NCBI GenBank assembly: GCA_044892505.1 | Contig: CM097882.1 | Location: 120,590,001 to 120,654,000, forward strand | Direction: 5' to 3' | Source: Schmidtea nova | Lineage: Eukaryota | Length of the DNA: 64,000 bases | Shown here: one piece after another, positions 49,162 to 60,721 of the stretch | How the letters are laid out: the number at the start of each line of letters is the position of its first letter | How positions within the stretch are numbered: the stretch's first letter is position 1 | Translations under genes and position numbers: made by a program | Notes under the pieces: generated by a model | Seen by the model: the letters and a program-made list of their open reading frames with translations, nothing else | The model's database searches: none | Told to the model about the DNA's origin: nothing

Positions 49162-49732
49162 TTTTACGGCAGTTTAAATTACGCTTAAAATGAATATAAA
49201 AACAAATTTATCAAATTGACATAAATTGTTACATTAGTTGTTACATTAGTTTTTATGACTATTTTTTACTTTAAATATTTTAATAATTTATTATTATTTT
49301 TTAATTATTTCGAACTTAAGATTTTACCAGGAATTTTCAATAAATACATTTTTAATGGCATTTTTGGAACAGATATAATAAATTTTGACTTATTTAAAAT
49401 TTAACTTATTTAAATAAAAAACTTTTTAGAATTAATTTTCTTTGTAGAGTTAAAATTGATTTCGATCAATAATTTTATTTTGCTAGTTTATGAATGAAAT
49501 GAAGTTGTAATCATGTTAAGTAATCAGTGTTTCCCAACTTTTGATCATGTTTCAGAAAAATATTTCAAAAAAAATTGTTCAACCTTGTTGTAGGTTACTG
49601 ATAAACAAAATAACCTTGACTGTTGCTATGACTCTATTCCTCAACAAACCAGAATATAAACATTGTAAAACATCTTGTTATTCGTCACCTTGTAACTTTA
49701 GAAATGTAACAAGTTAAATTATATTAAATTGA

Positions 49733-50156
49733 TGTCAACAGGGAACCCGAGTAGCATAATTAACGAGGGTAAAATGTATTTCATATTTTCAATTAAAATA
49801 ATTAGGAAATAACAAGTGTAAAATAGCCTTCTGGGTAAAGCTCATTAAAAAACGAGCAGTATATAAACAATACGAAAATCTTAGAAGTTGCCAGAGTGGT
49901 CGAACAAAAACGATGAGCAAAATTATTAAAAACAATTAAACGAATAATTAGAGAAAAGTAGACGAAGTGAGGAGAAAAGTTGAGAAAGCTAAAACGAAAA
50001 GTTAACGTTAAATTTATTCTTCACACGTACCAGAAGGGGAGATCTTCCATTGGGAGACTTATACCCACGCACAATCTCTGTTATTTTCGTGAATCAACCA
50101 TAAGAACACCCAGAAGTCAGACTAACAGCACCGACTAAATCAATAAATACCCAACA
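49733..50156 (+). repeat. LTR family L2 fragment
   Basis: GGGAACCCGAG, GTACCAGAAGGGGAGATCT and AAGTCAGA...ATACCCAACA are shared with 31511-32100. Confidence 0.6.
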
Positions 50157-50175
50157 CTATCCTATATAAGTTTCT

Positions 50176-50490
50176 ACTATTTTTCTGTTTAATGCTCTTA
50201 TGTGTTATTGTGAGCTATGAATTTAGCTCTTTTCGTGATAATTTAATTTTTGACTTATTAAAACAAGATTTTGATTTCAATTCTACCAGCTCAACATTAT
50301 ACTTGCAATAATCGCCGTAGTAACCTTGCAACTATTTTTCTGTTTAATGCTCTTATGTATTATTGTGAGCTATGAATTTAGCTCTTTTCGTGATAATTTA
50401 ATTTTTGACTTATTAAAACAAGATTTTGATTTCAATTCTACCAGCTCAACATTATACTTGCAATAATCGCCGTAGTAACCTTGCAACTAT
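50176..50490. repeat. near-perfect 155-bp tandem duplication
   Basis: The unit starting ACTATTTTTCTGTTTAATGC occurs at 50176 and 50331; one substitution seen. Confidence 0.95.
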
Positions 50491-50996
50491 GGTGTAATTA
50501 CTAGTTACTCGCCACAGAGTAATGTTGGTATTGTAATTAATGGTTGAGCGCTATTTCAGAAATATAATTGACTGAGTATTTACGAGTTCAAAAACTGTCA
50601 ATATAAGATTTGTGCTCATTTTTACTTTATGGTTTCTTTATTTTTAAATACTTAATCATGAGCTATATTTGCTGAAAAAATCAAATTTGATGCTAATTTA
50701 GCAAAATATTACTGAAAAAATTATTGAAAAAATTCTTTATTATCAATAAGAAAATTATTAAATATTTCAATAGTAATAAATATTTTATTTTCAAACCATA
50801 CTTCAAACTCGTACTAATAAAGAAATAATAATAATGTTGATTGTTAATGCTATATTTTTATTATTGTTATTGTTATTGTTATTATTGTCATTATTATTAT
50901 TGGTCGCGCCCGCTCTTAAAATATTTTTAAAAATTAATTAAGTAATAATTATTTGGGTGCTTGATCGCTGTGAGAGATTGTGGAGCGAGCCTGGAA

Positions 50997-51038
50997 GCCG
51001 TTAGACGGTCTTATCAATATCTCTATAATTAATTTATG
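50997..51038 (+). other. genomic copy of a planarian-type spliced leader (42 nt, ending in ATG)
   Basis: GCCGTTAGACGGTCTTATCAATATCTCTATAATTAATTTATG; 35/42 identical to the Schmidtea SL-1 as I recall it. Its terminal ATG opens the ERI1-like ORF. Confidence 0.85.
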
Positions 51039-51840
51039 ATAATGAATCAGTATCCTAGCACATCTCAATCAAAAACTGATCAAACGAATACTGCTAATGT
51101 TAAATATAACAACAGCAAACAATATTCTTTCAACACAAATCGGATTAATAAAATGCCAGATGAACAATTAGTGGGAATTTTAAATTATCACGGATTGAAT
51201 GCAAAAGGTAGCCCAGAAATATTACGAAAACGTCTGAAAGAATATATGAAAATTCAAATGAACCCTGACAATAGTGAAATTTCCAGTCAAAACGATTCAA
51301 ATATATATATGCATACTTTCTCATAATTGACTTTGAAGCGACTTGTGATGAAATAAATGGTTTGAATTTCCAACACGAAATCATCGAGTTCCCCATCATA
51401 CTCTATGATGTTATTTTGAAGCGAAAAGTTGATGTTTTTCATGCCTACTCTAAGCCATTTATTAATCCAGCTCTCTCGAGACAAAGCAAAATCATTTCCT
51501 GATGTCCTAACAGAAGTCGAACAATGGCTCAATAAACATCACATGGTTGCGAAATCATTTGCTGTTGTCTGTGACGGCAATGCTGATATGGCAAAATTTA
51601 TGAGAATTCAATGTGATTAGTAATATTGAGTTTCCTTCTTGGTGTAGACAATGGATTAATATCATGAAGAGTTTCCGTCAGTTCTATACGGTTTCTGTCG
51701 ATGTCAAGTTGAACATGCAGAAAATGTTGAGCAGTTAAGGATTGGAATTCGAGGGTCGACAGCACAGTGGACTGAATGACGCTGAGAACATTTTACAAAT
51801 TACTGAAACGATGATGAATGACTGGGTTGCTTTTAAGTGA
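51036..51840 (+). pseudogene. ERI1: intronless ERI1 (SAP domain plus DEDDh exonuclease) copy with frameshifts (cargo 1 of copy 2)
   Basis: SAP domain INKMPDEQLVGILNYHGLNAKGSPEILRKRLKEY; exonuclease motifs IIDFEATC, HEIIEFP, SFPDVL, VCDGNADMAKF, WINI and GRQHSGLNDAENI. Three frameshifts, one internal deletion and one in-frame TAA. Confidence 0.93.
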
Positions 51841-52256
51841 ATTTAAAAATTTTGGAATTTAACTTGGAATTGAATGAATTATTAATGGGATTCTTTAAAA
51901 AACATTTTCGGATTATTTTAATGTAATTATTAGGAATTTTAATTTAAAACTTTAAGTTAATTTGGATACGAATTTTGTTTATTAGGAATTTTGATTAAAA
52001 ACATTTGGTTTAAATATGTTGTTGTTTATCTAAATTAATTTAATGGCTTGGTAAAATTAACTTTTGAATTGTTTTATTGCTGAGTAACGGTATGAATGAT
52101 AATCTCGTGGAGATATTTGATTTAAAAACTTTAATTTTAATCTCGTGGAGATGTTTGATTTAAAGACTTTGATTTGGAAATGTTTTGTAATGAACTTTGA
52201 ATTGGATTTAAATTGGAATAAATTATTCTCGTCTCGTTGTTAATGGTCTTGATGAA

Positions 52257-52907
52257 ATGTTCAAAAATCTTTTGAATAATATCTCAGTTGTTGGATACAG
52301 GGATCTTTGGAAATTGATTGTCGATCAGATTTCCGTTATCAATGATCAAAAGGTTCCCGATGAGTTGTCGTTGTTGGTGATGGAATTGTTTTTCAAACAC
52401 GCTAATACAAAATCACTATTGACTTGCGTTAAACTGATTGTAAACCACGTGAAACGGTTGATTCGAGAGGACGCATCAAATAGATTGGTGGAAATTGCAA
52501 GGTTAATTGTGAATAAATTGCCGTTTTCAACGGATATTCACGAGATTTTGCGGGCTTTTATTTGTTGCAAAGGAATGGGAATTGAAGGGAAATTTCAACT
52601 GGTCGAGCAATATATCAATGATGAGCATTTAGAAATGATACTGGAAAATTCACTCAACAATTATCTAACTAAATTTATCAATGAAACCTGGTTGCAATCT
52701 GATACAAATAATTTCTATTTGACTCTAAAAGAAATGATAAAATTGATAATGAAAGAGTTTCCAATAGCCAATCAGAGTCAATGGAATAAAAATATTGGAG
52801 AAAAGAATTTCAACTTGTCTATGATTAAATCTCGCGACCTCAGTCCAAAAAACAAGAAGAATAAAGAAAGCAATAGGAGCTGGATGCGCCGATCCAATTA
52901 TTATTAG
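52257..52907 (+). CDS. unknown alpha-helical protein ORF (cargo 2 of copy 2), fused in frame to the element 3' arm
   Basis: Uninterrupted 216-aa ORF with Leu/Ile-rich helical periodicity; the last ~15 aa come from the shared 3' arm and microsatellite. Confidence 0.45.
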   Translation: MFKNLLNNISVVGYRDLWKLIVDQISVINDQKVPDELSLLVMELFFKHANTKSLLTCVKLIVNHVKRLIREDASNRLVEIARLIVNKLPFSTDIHEILRAFICCKGMGIEGKFQLVEQYINDEHLEMILENSLNNYLTKFINETWLQSDTNNFYLTLKEMIKLIMKEFPIANQSQWNKNIGEKNFNLSMIKSRDLSPKNKKNKESNRSWMRRSNYY

Positions 52908-52944
52908 TAATAGTAGTAGTAGTAGTAGTAGTATTATTATTATG

Positions 52945-53818
52945 AATGTGTTTGATTGGTAAGGTATATAATATGTATGTTCAATGCTATGTATGCTGTG
53001 TATAGTAAGAAATGTTGTAGTGCCCGAGAGAGTTTCCTATTAATTGTTGGGACACTCGGGTAGTTTGCTTATACTTGCGTGCTTGTATTGCCACAAAACG
53101 ATACAAGTTTAGGATAAGAAAAATATATAAACAACAAATTATAATAAATTTTTATTACGTTAATAGACAAAACTACGAAAAGTTACTTTATAATTCTTCG
53201 ACCTTTGCGTTCTGGAGGTATTATGATATTAAGAGACAATTGAATCGGCTTAATATTTTGAGTTTGACTAATTGTCCGTAATCAATGGACTGTTGATATA
53301 TTTGTGTTATTGCTGAGAGAACTTTAATTAGAAACAATAATATTATTATTCGTTTAAATTGTTGTTTAAGTTTTCCTTTGGAATTTTCTAGATATCTACT
53401 TTTCAATTCTTATCGGCTGTTTAATATTTTGTTTTTGACTAATTATCTGGATAACTTCTTTAACTTTTTTTGACAAAATAGTTGATAATAAATTTGAATA
53501 ATAATTATCTGGATAACTTCTTTAACTTTTCTTTGACAATAAATTTGATAATAAATTTGGTGATAATTCTATATAATTTTAGGCTTTCCAGAGTTATCTT
53601 TTATACTTATACAGATTTCATTTTCAATTTTCTAATATTAAAAAATCAATTTAATTAATTTGTGATTTGGCTTACTATAGCATTTGCCATAGTAAGCCAA
53701 ATTAAAATTTTAAATTAAAATCATCATAAAAATAATAATTTCCCAGCATGCAAATAACAGGGGGGTCCTCGGTGACCGCGAGGGCACCGGCCATAATGAT
53801 GACGGCGCTAACAACATA
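52945..53818. repeat. solo LTR-like copy related to the element A LTR
   Basis: Shares the core GTGCCCGAGAGAGTTTCC and the hairpin ATTTGTGATTTGGCTTACTATAGCATTTGCCATAGTAAGCCAAATT with the element A LTRs; ends CTAACAACA; no TSD found. Confidence 0.65.
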
Positions 53819-53889
53819 ATATAAAAATAATAAAAATGACAATTGCTATCCACCATTTTTGTGCATTACAATTATTATTATAGTTATTG

Positions 53890-54535
53890 TTGTTACCGCT
53901 ACTATTGCGGGCGTCTCTTCGGATACTGGATAACCCCCCTCTATTTTTTATTTTTGTTAGGAAATTCAAAAAAAATAAATCAATTGAAAATTAAAAGAAA
54001 ATTTAAAATCTAACCAAGCAATTAATAATCATAGGAAGATTGGAAAAACTAAAAAACGATCAGAAAGAAAATAGAAAAATCAAAATCAAAAATCAAAAAG
54101 AAACAAGATAAAACTAAATTAAGCGAAGGAATATTATCTAGAAAAATCAAATAAGCCAGAAACAGTAACAAATTTGAGTACGTGGGTACAGGTTCTTTTC
54201 ATTATTGTTATTAAATAATAAAAGTTGTTAACCAATTTTCTGTTCTTAGTTCATTTGTTGTTACTACACAATCACATACACACGTATGTATTCACACAAC
54301 AGTACATAGCATTCACCCCGACACATTTTTTACCGGAGACTCTGTTGGGCTCTTCAATCTTCTTACACAACCACTCACCATATAAAGAACATAATAAACA
54401 TATTAAAATATATTACAAAACTCGACAACTAAATAACTACAATACCACACATATTTATATTCATCTTCTGTCATACCCACGAACTACAAATTACATAGAA
54501 TTTCGCACTATTATTACAATTCTATTAATAAAATA
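53890..54535. repeat. LTR-like copy (element A LTR-related), opposite orientation
   Basis: Core GCATTCACCCCGACAC...CCGGAGACTCTGTTGGGCTCTTCAATC closely matches 7545-7615. Ends approximate. Confidence 0.55.
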
Positions 54536-54899
54536 ACCCTCCATTGACTTTAACATTGCTGTATGGGTAGTTAAAAATTATAATTGTTAAGTATTCTTGT
54601 AATCCACGCACCATCATGAACATTTCGAATACCACTCACTCTTTGGTAATCTATGTTGGTAATGTACATTGTGGTGTGAGAACCCAGTGAGCAATGAGAC
54701 TGCTGTTCATCAGTCATTGCAAATAATTCCCTGAATTCATCCATCGTCATCCCACTGTTGGTGTTATTTTGGTGTATGGGTTGTTAAAGATTGTTGTCGC
54801 TAGGGTTTACGGTAACCCACACATCATTATGAAAATATTAAATCTCCGCAAATTCGTTTATAACATCGTCATAACTAATAGTTTTTACAATGTTATATT

Positions 54900-56043
54900 T
54901 GTTGGATTCTGGGGTTGTTAGTGAAACGGTAAAAGTTACCAATCAAATATCTGACTCCAAAGCGTGCCTTTAATTGAACCCCAATAACACTTTCAATAAC
55001 ACAAACTTTATTGACTATTCCACTGATTTACACGATTCAAACTATCACAATCAATTCAATAACTCTTTTGACTATTATGCGACCTTATTACGACACTTCG
55101 TGAAGAATAGCTCACTTGTATAATGTCTTGGTTCGAACAATCACTCACCACTGATGGATACAACAATTGGCAATCTGACTGGTTGTTTTCTTGGTTTGAC
55201 TTGGATTTACGCCGAACTTCACTCGATTATCAACTGTATCAGCTCCTGTTGTTTATCTCCTTGTTTCACTGACTCTTCTCAACTTTTCTTTAAGTTTCTT
55301 TTTAAGTTTTGCTTCGGGCTTCTGTATAATTCTCATCACTTCTAATTCAATTAATTCTTCTCCCGCTTTATCTCTCACAACTTCTAATTCAATTATTCTG
55401 TTTCACAACTTTTCTGACAACTTCTGTTTCACAACTTCGGTTCACAATATTCTGCTCTCTAAAATTTCTGACAAAAATATTTTCACTAAACTTCTCTCTA
55501 AAATATTCTCTTTAAATTTCTCTCTAAATTTCTCTCTAAAACTGTAACAATTTCTTTCTACAATTCTGCTCTCAAAAATTCTGACTGCTTCTGCTGTGTC
55601 TCTCCTTTTATATCTCGTCAAATTTTATGGCACTTGAGATAATTCTGCCTTTTTCCATTTTGACTCCGGGCCATCTCGTTTTTTTCTCCAAAATCGCGTT
55701 TTATCTATGACAGATGTCTAGATAATTTCGGATTTTCTTTTTTCCGCTCCTGGCTGTTTTATTTTTTCTTCCGGTTATCTTCGACAAGCTGTCGAGATAA
55801 GATTATTGTAATTATTTTGTTTTTTCCCATTTTCGAATTCCTTTCTCTTTTGCACTAATTAATTAGTGCTGACCTTCGTTTTGATTTTTTGTTTAATTTC
55901 TTTTGTTTGATTCTTCTTTCTCATTTCTTTTTATTTCCGTTTTCCTTTCTGTGTTCCCATTGACCGCCTCCTTCGTCATGACTGTTTTCCCCCAGGTAAT
56001 TTTATTATTTTTATATTATTTTGTATTTTAGGTATTCTCAACA
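54900..56043 (-). mobile_element. solo LTR, family L1 (copy 2)
   Basis: TG...CA ends; TATT on both flanks; homologous to 4415-5400. Confidence 0.8.
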
Positions 56044-58387
56044 TATTCAATAGATATTATTGAAAGATTGGATAGCATCTTGTCCTATAGTGGATCTTAA
56101 ATAATTCTTGATTAATTTAACTTGCTGAAACTTCTGTCACACGATGTAATAGAAACTGGAAGAGTGAGTAATTTTTCTAGTGAGTTTCTAGTGAGTAATT
56201 TTCTATTGCTCACTAGATATCGTGATTTCATTCTTGATAAACATAAATACATTCGCGACAATTTGAAATATAGAAATTTTCAATTGCGGTATAGAATGAA
56301 ATTTAGAATTGAATATGAATTATCTATGAAATATTAAAAAAATGAAAAATTTGCCTGCACTAGAAGAATTTTCAGAAAATTTCCGGGATCCGAATTTTTT
56401 TTTATTTATAAAAATTTTTATTCTTGATTAATTTTTTTGGTTAACCATTTCATGGCCGCCTCATACCTATGTGTCTATCGGGCCCTGTGCACATGCACTT
56501 GCTTCACCTGCCTAGTTACGATGCTGGAATCGGCCAGAACGACAATCAAAATAAAGTAGTGTTTTTCCTGTTATTTTTTAAATATAAAGTTTGATAATTT
56601 ATATAATTCATATTCCTATTATTATTTTAAATATAAAATTTATATCATTTATATCATTTATTGGTTGTCATAAATATTTAATATCATCAAAACTTACAAT
56701 CACACATACACAGATACTCAACACACACACCAGACCGTTCCGAAACGTTTTTACAAGTTACTCGACTGGGCTCAACAGTCTTCTCTTATATATAAACATT
56801 CCCATATCAATATTCCTTACTATAATTGTAAAATATAGGTATACAGAGACGCGCAATGCTGTTAGGCCACCTGCGTGCAAAATAATTTCCTGCTGCTACC
56901 CGTCCTTTTTTAAAAAAATTTCTATAATCCAAAATCTAAGGTTGCAAATCATACAAATATTAAATATCTAACGTACATAATAAAAGTTTTGGTTAACAAA
57001 AATATAAAAAACATTGCACTATACATACCAAATTCTATAATATAATCCTGCTTTCTAATCTAATAAATTGGTATGTATATCTCTAATTTTTTTAAATAAA
57101 AATCTCTTATTGATTTTAATAAATTTTAAAACTTGAAATGTTGATTTGGTTCAAAAATTAAAACACGAATTGATTTTGACAAGATAATGACAGATATATG
57201 AAAATTAAGCTGGAGTGCGTTCAATGACAAAATTGTCGTAATTTCTTTTTATTTTACAAAATGAAATTTTTTTTGCAAATGGTTTTTATTTTAAATTTGC
57301 CGCCCTTTCAAATAACCGCCTACATGCAACGCAAGCGTTGTATGCCCGCTTGGAGCGCCCCTGTCAGTATAATCTTTATTATGTAGTTTTGCTATCTGTA
57401 TTTCTTTATTTCTTTATTTACCTAATTGACAATATTTTATATTTAACATGAATTTTCAGCAATGTCTTTTACAAAAAACAAAAGAAGTATGCAAAAGCGT
57501 ATTAAAAATAATATAAAATATTGATCTATAATTTAAATGGTGTTACAATTTTCTGTTTTTTATTCTTTGAAAAATATTTTCATTCCATTAAATGGTACCG
57601 AAGGAGATCTCCGTATATCTGCAAACGGCCACGCAATTGCCAGAATTTTAATTAAAGGTGCGTCAACTTATTCCTTATCAAAATAAAATCAGCGCATCAA
57701 AATTGACAAATTTGCAACTAATAAAATTCTACGAAGTCGATTTTTAGCAGGGACGGAGGGGCTACCTAAAACATTGAGAAATTATTTCATGGCATTTCAT
57801 ATTAGATTCTATACTACGTGGTATTTTGCCAAGAAGATGCGCCGGAAAATTTCCAGATCTTGTGGAATTATCCCCAAAAGGTTCTCCATTGCGCTCCGAA
57901 TTCCAGTACGATGAATGAGTTGGAATTGGAAAGACAAGAGGATGACCCTCCATCGTTTAGAGATCAGGGTATTATTAGTGATCAAGTTATTCTCGTTCGA
58001 GACTTGGATGTTTAAATTAGCCGGTGTTGTTTCATTTTCAATAACGCTTCATTTTGCTGTATTATGAAATAGAGCAATTCATTTAAACAAACATTCTTAT
58101 TAATGAATGAACTAGTTTATTATTATTATTATTATCATTTTGAATTTAACCTTCCGTGCGTCATAGTTTCATATAGAGGTAAAATAATATGATAAAAATC
58201 TAATGCAAAATTATGAATGGGATTTGAAACGAAAACCTGCATATATGGAAACCCTCCCGATGCGGCAACTAATAACAATGTAGGGTCACTCAACTAAGAA
58301 ATACAAGGTAAGGGTCCACGGCCAATTATTTAATGAAGATTAAAGACAAATCAAATATTTATTGCATAAATAACTTTAAATATCAAC

Positions 58388-59512
58388 TCAAACGAGAGGA
58401 TAAACTGGCATCATCGCAACTTTGCAAGCATTTATGTTCCTGGGTAATCGGAAATATCCTTTTTCACCCCAAAATGTGCTCCAGCTATTCTTAATTATCC
58501 AGTATGGTATCCCGGTGGTTTCATCTGTCCCATATCCCACCAGTAATACGGCATGATTAAGCTCTAGTTTGTCGCATTCTTCTTCGTGGAAAATGCCTTT
58601 CGTATATCTCTTTAACGATTTAGTTGCAGATATTGCCACTGAAATTGGCCCAATTGTTACTAGAGCTTCTTTCAGTTTCTCTTCATCCCTTTCTGGCATT
58701 TGAACAAATCCAGTATCAGTTGCTACAACTTTGCTTTTGGCAAAACTGCATTTAGGATTCGGTTCTAATGTCTGACCGGATTCATAAGGGTAACTATTCT
58801 CACCCTCAATGCCTCCATTTGACTTAATATATGACAACGCATCTTGAACAAATCCACCATCACATCCAGCATCATTACCATCGCAATCTACAATCTGTTG
58901 TTCTGATAAGCTGATCAATCTTCCAGTTTTTCTCCAGATCTGGCCCTCTAACGTGCCTGTAGTAGCAAATGCATAGCATGAACCACACAATCCTTGATTT
59001 TTTACTTCGGTGACTGCACCTGCCTTGCGCCAGTCGAATGAATCTGGAAGGTCAATAGTCAAACCGGATGACAGATACGATGAGCCTGTGATGTTTGATA
59101 TTTTCAATTTGGTCAGTTGCGATAACTCTTCACTGCTCTGAAAATGTTTTTGTTATTGTATACTGCTAAATAAACAAAAAGTTACCCAATCACTCAAATG
59201 GTTAATTCCAATCTCGTATAATTTTTGGCCGTTTTTAAAAAGTTCATTGTGATGGTTGACCTCAAGTAAAGATGAGATAAAATTTAAAAACCTCGAATTC
59301 TCTTCATGCTGGGAACTATATGATTTATTATAACGTTGCTTAAAGCTTTGGAAATCTTCATCGTAACGAGATAAAAGAGATATCATATTTTCTAGTTCTA
59401 ACGAGCCGGAAAGGCCAGTATTGGGGACCGATTCATGATGGTCATGGACAGTTCTGGCTTGTGTGCTCACAGCAAATAACGCACAGATCAAGATTGGAAC
59501 TATCGAAATCAT
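58388..59512 (-). CDS. CTSL: cathepsin L-like papain-family cysteine protease (2 exons, 358 aa)
   Basis: Exons 59186-59512 and 58388-59137 with a 48-nt phase-0 GT-AG intron. Signal peptide and I29 prodomain; QGLCGSCYAF, LNHAVLLVGYG and WIIKNSW catalytic motifs. Confidence 0.95.
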
Positions 59513-59545
59513 AATGTAAGTATATTCAGTGAAGACAAAGTTCCC

Positions 59546-59553
59546 TATTTATA
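59546..59553 (-). promoter_or_regulatory. candidate TATA box of the cathepsin L gene
   Basis: TATAAATA on the minus strand ~34 nt upstream of the ATG; weak evidence in an AT-rich genome. Confidence 0.3.
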
Positions 59554-60265
59554 TGTTTGTAATCCGACGCGTGATTATTACGACGTAATCCTTATCTACG
59601 CAGAATTCCAATTGTTTTCAATGACGCTTAATGACACGCGATGAAATTTTGTATACAATTTGATAACCATTATCAATTTTTATTAAATTCTTATTTTATA
59701 ATCTGAAATTAAGTAAGTGTTGGTAGGGGTGAATGCGATATATTTACCTTTTGGCTCGTGACCCCTTTGTGGCCCTGTAATCTCCTATTGGTAATCCTAT
59801 GGCTAGAAGCATTTATTTATACCGACACTTGTTATAAATAGTAAATACACATTTTGATTATTTTTATACACGGAATTTCCCCTTCAAATTTGGTCGAGCA
59901 GAGGTTCATCGTATGCCGACCTGGCGCTTACATACATGATATAACCAAGCTGCCATATAATTAAATGTATTTTGTAGATTTTGTAGCCATAGAATTTATA
60001 TTATATTCAAGCAAATATCTCATAGCAGGAGTATTGCACGACCCCTCTGGTTGACTTTACGTTGCTATTACTAAATATATAAATATTATTTTATCTCTCC
60101 GGTGGTCACGAATGTGAAATTATGGCTTCTCACATCTTATTTTGAAATCATAAAACGTTTTAATGTAAATATTTCAAAATCTGTATAATTTTATTGAAAT
60201 AAAACGGACCAAGGTCGACGATATCATCCGAGATCATTGAGCTGACCCTTGAAATAAGTGTTTAA

Positions 60266-60369
60266 CTCGTTGACTGCCAACTACGAGATTACTCGTAGTT
60301 GGATTATATGATTAAATAAAATTGGCTTCTTACACCGGAATCTTGAAAATTACCGTGGTAGTCAACGTG
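60266..60369. mobile_element. piggyBac-type MITE
   Basis: TTAA flanks; TIR CTCGTTGACTGCCA / TGGTAGTCAACGTG (12/14). Confidence 0.75.
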
Positions 60370-60721
60370 TTAAGGTATTAGAGTAGATCTTAATTTTGCT
60401 ATAATTGAAAGATATTTTCTTCCTAAATGACAAAGATTTCGAATTTGCTTTTTAAATGCAAGGTAAGCTATCAAGGACCATGTAAAGGATTCGTCAGGCC
60501 ATCTCATCTAGTCTAATTGGAAAATATGTTGTCAAAAAATCATAACATGGACAGTGTGTAATTGCCACTAATCTCATTAATAAAAAGGCCATGCTATTAC
60601 CCTGCTATTATTATTCATTTCGGTTTTCTTGGCCATTTCTTTTCGAAATGAAAGTGATCCTTCACCAACTTACAGACTGTCCTAATGATTATCAGAAAGC
60701 GACGATTGAAAATATATAAAT

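Larger units (their letters stand above)
50901..52896 (+). mobile_element. unclassified gene-capturing element with SL head, copy 2
   Basis: Same 5' arm, SL and 3' arm (AATAAAGAAAGCAATAGGAGCTGGATGCGCCGATCCA) as 27080-28675; different cargo; (ATT)n/(AGT)n flanks. Confidence 0.8.

Noticed and set aside
57590-58015. GC-elevated segments with splice-like sites downstream of cathepsin L
   Set aside because: No consistent reading frame or recognisable product.
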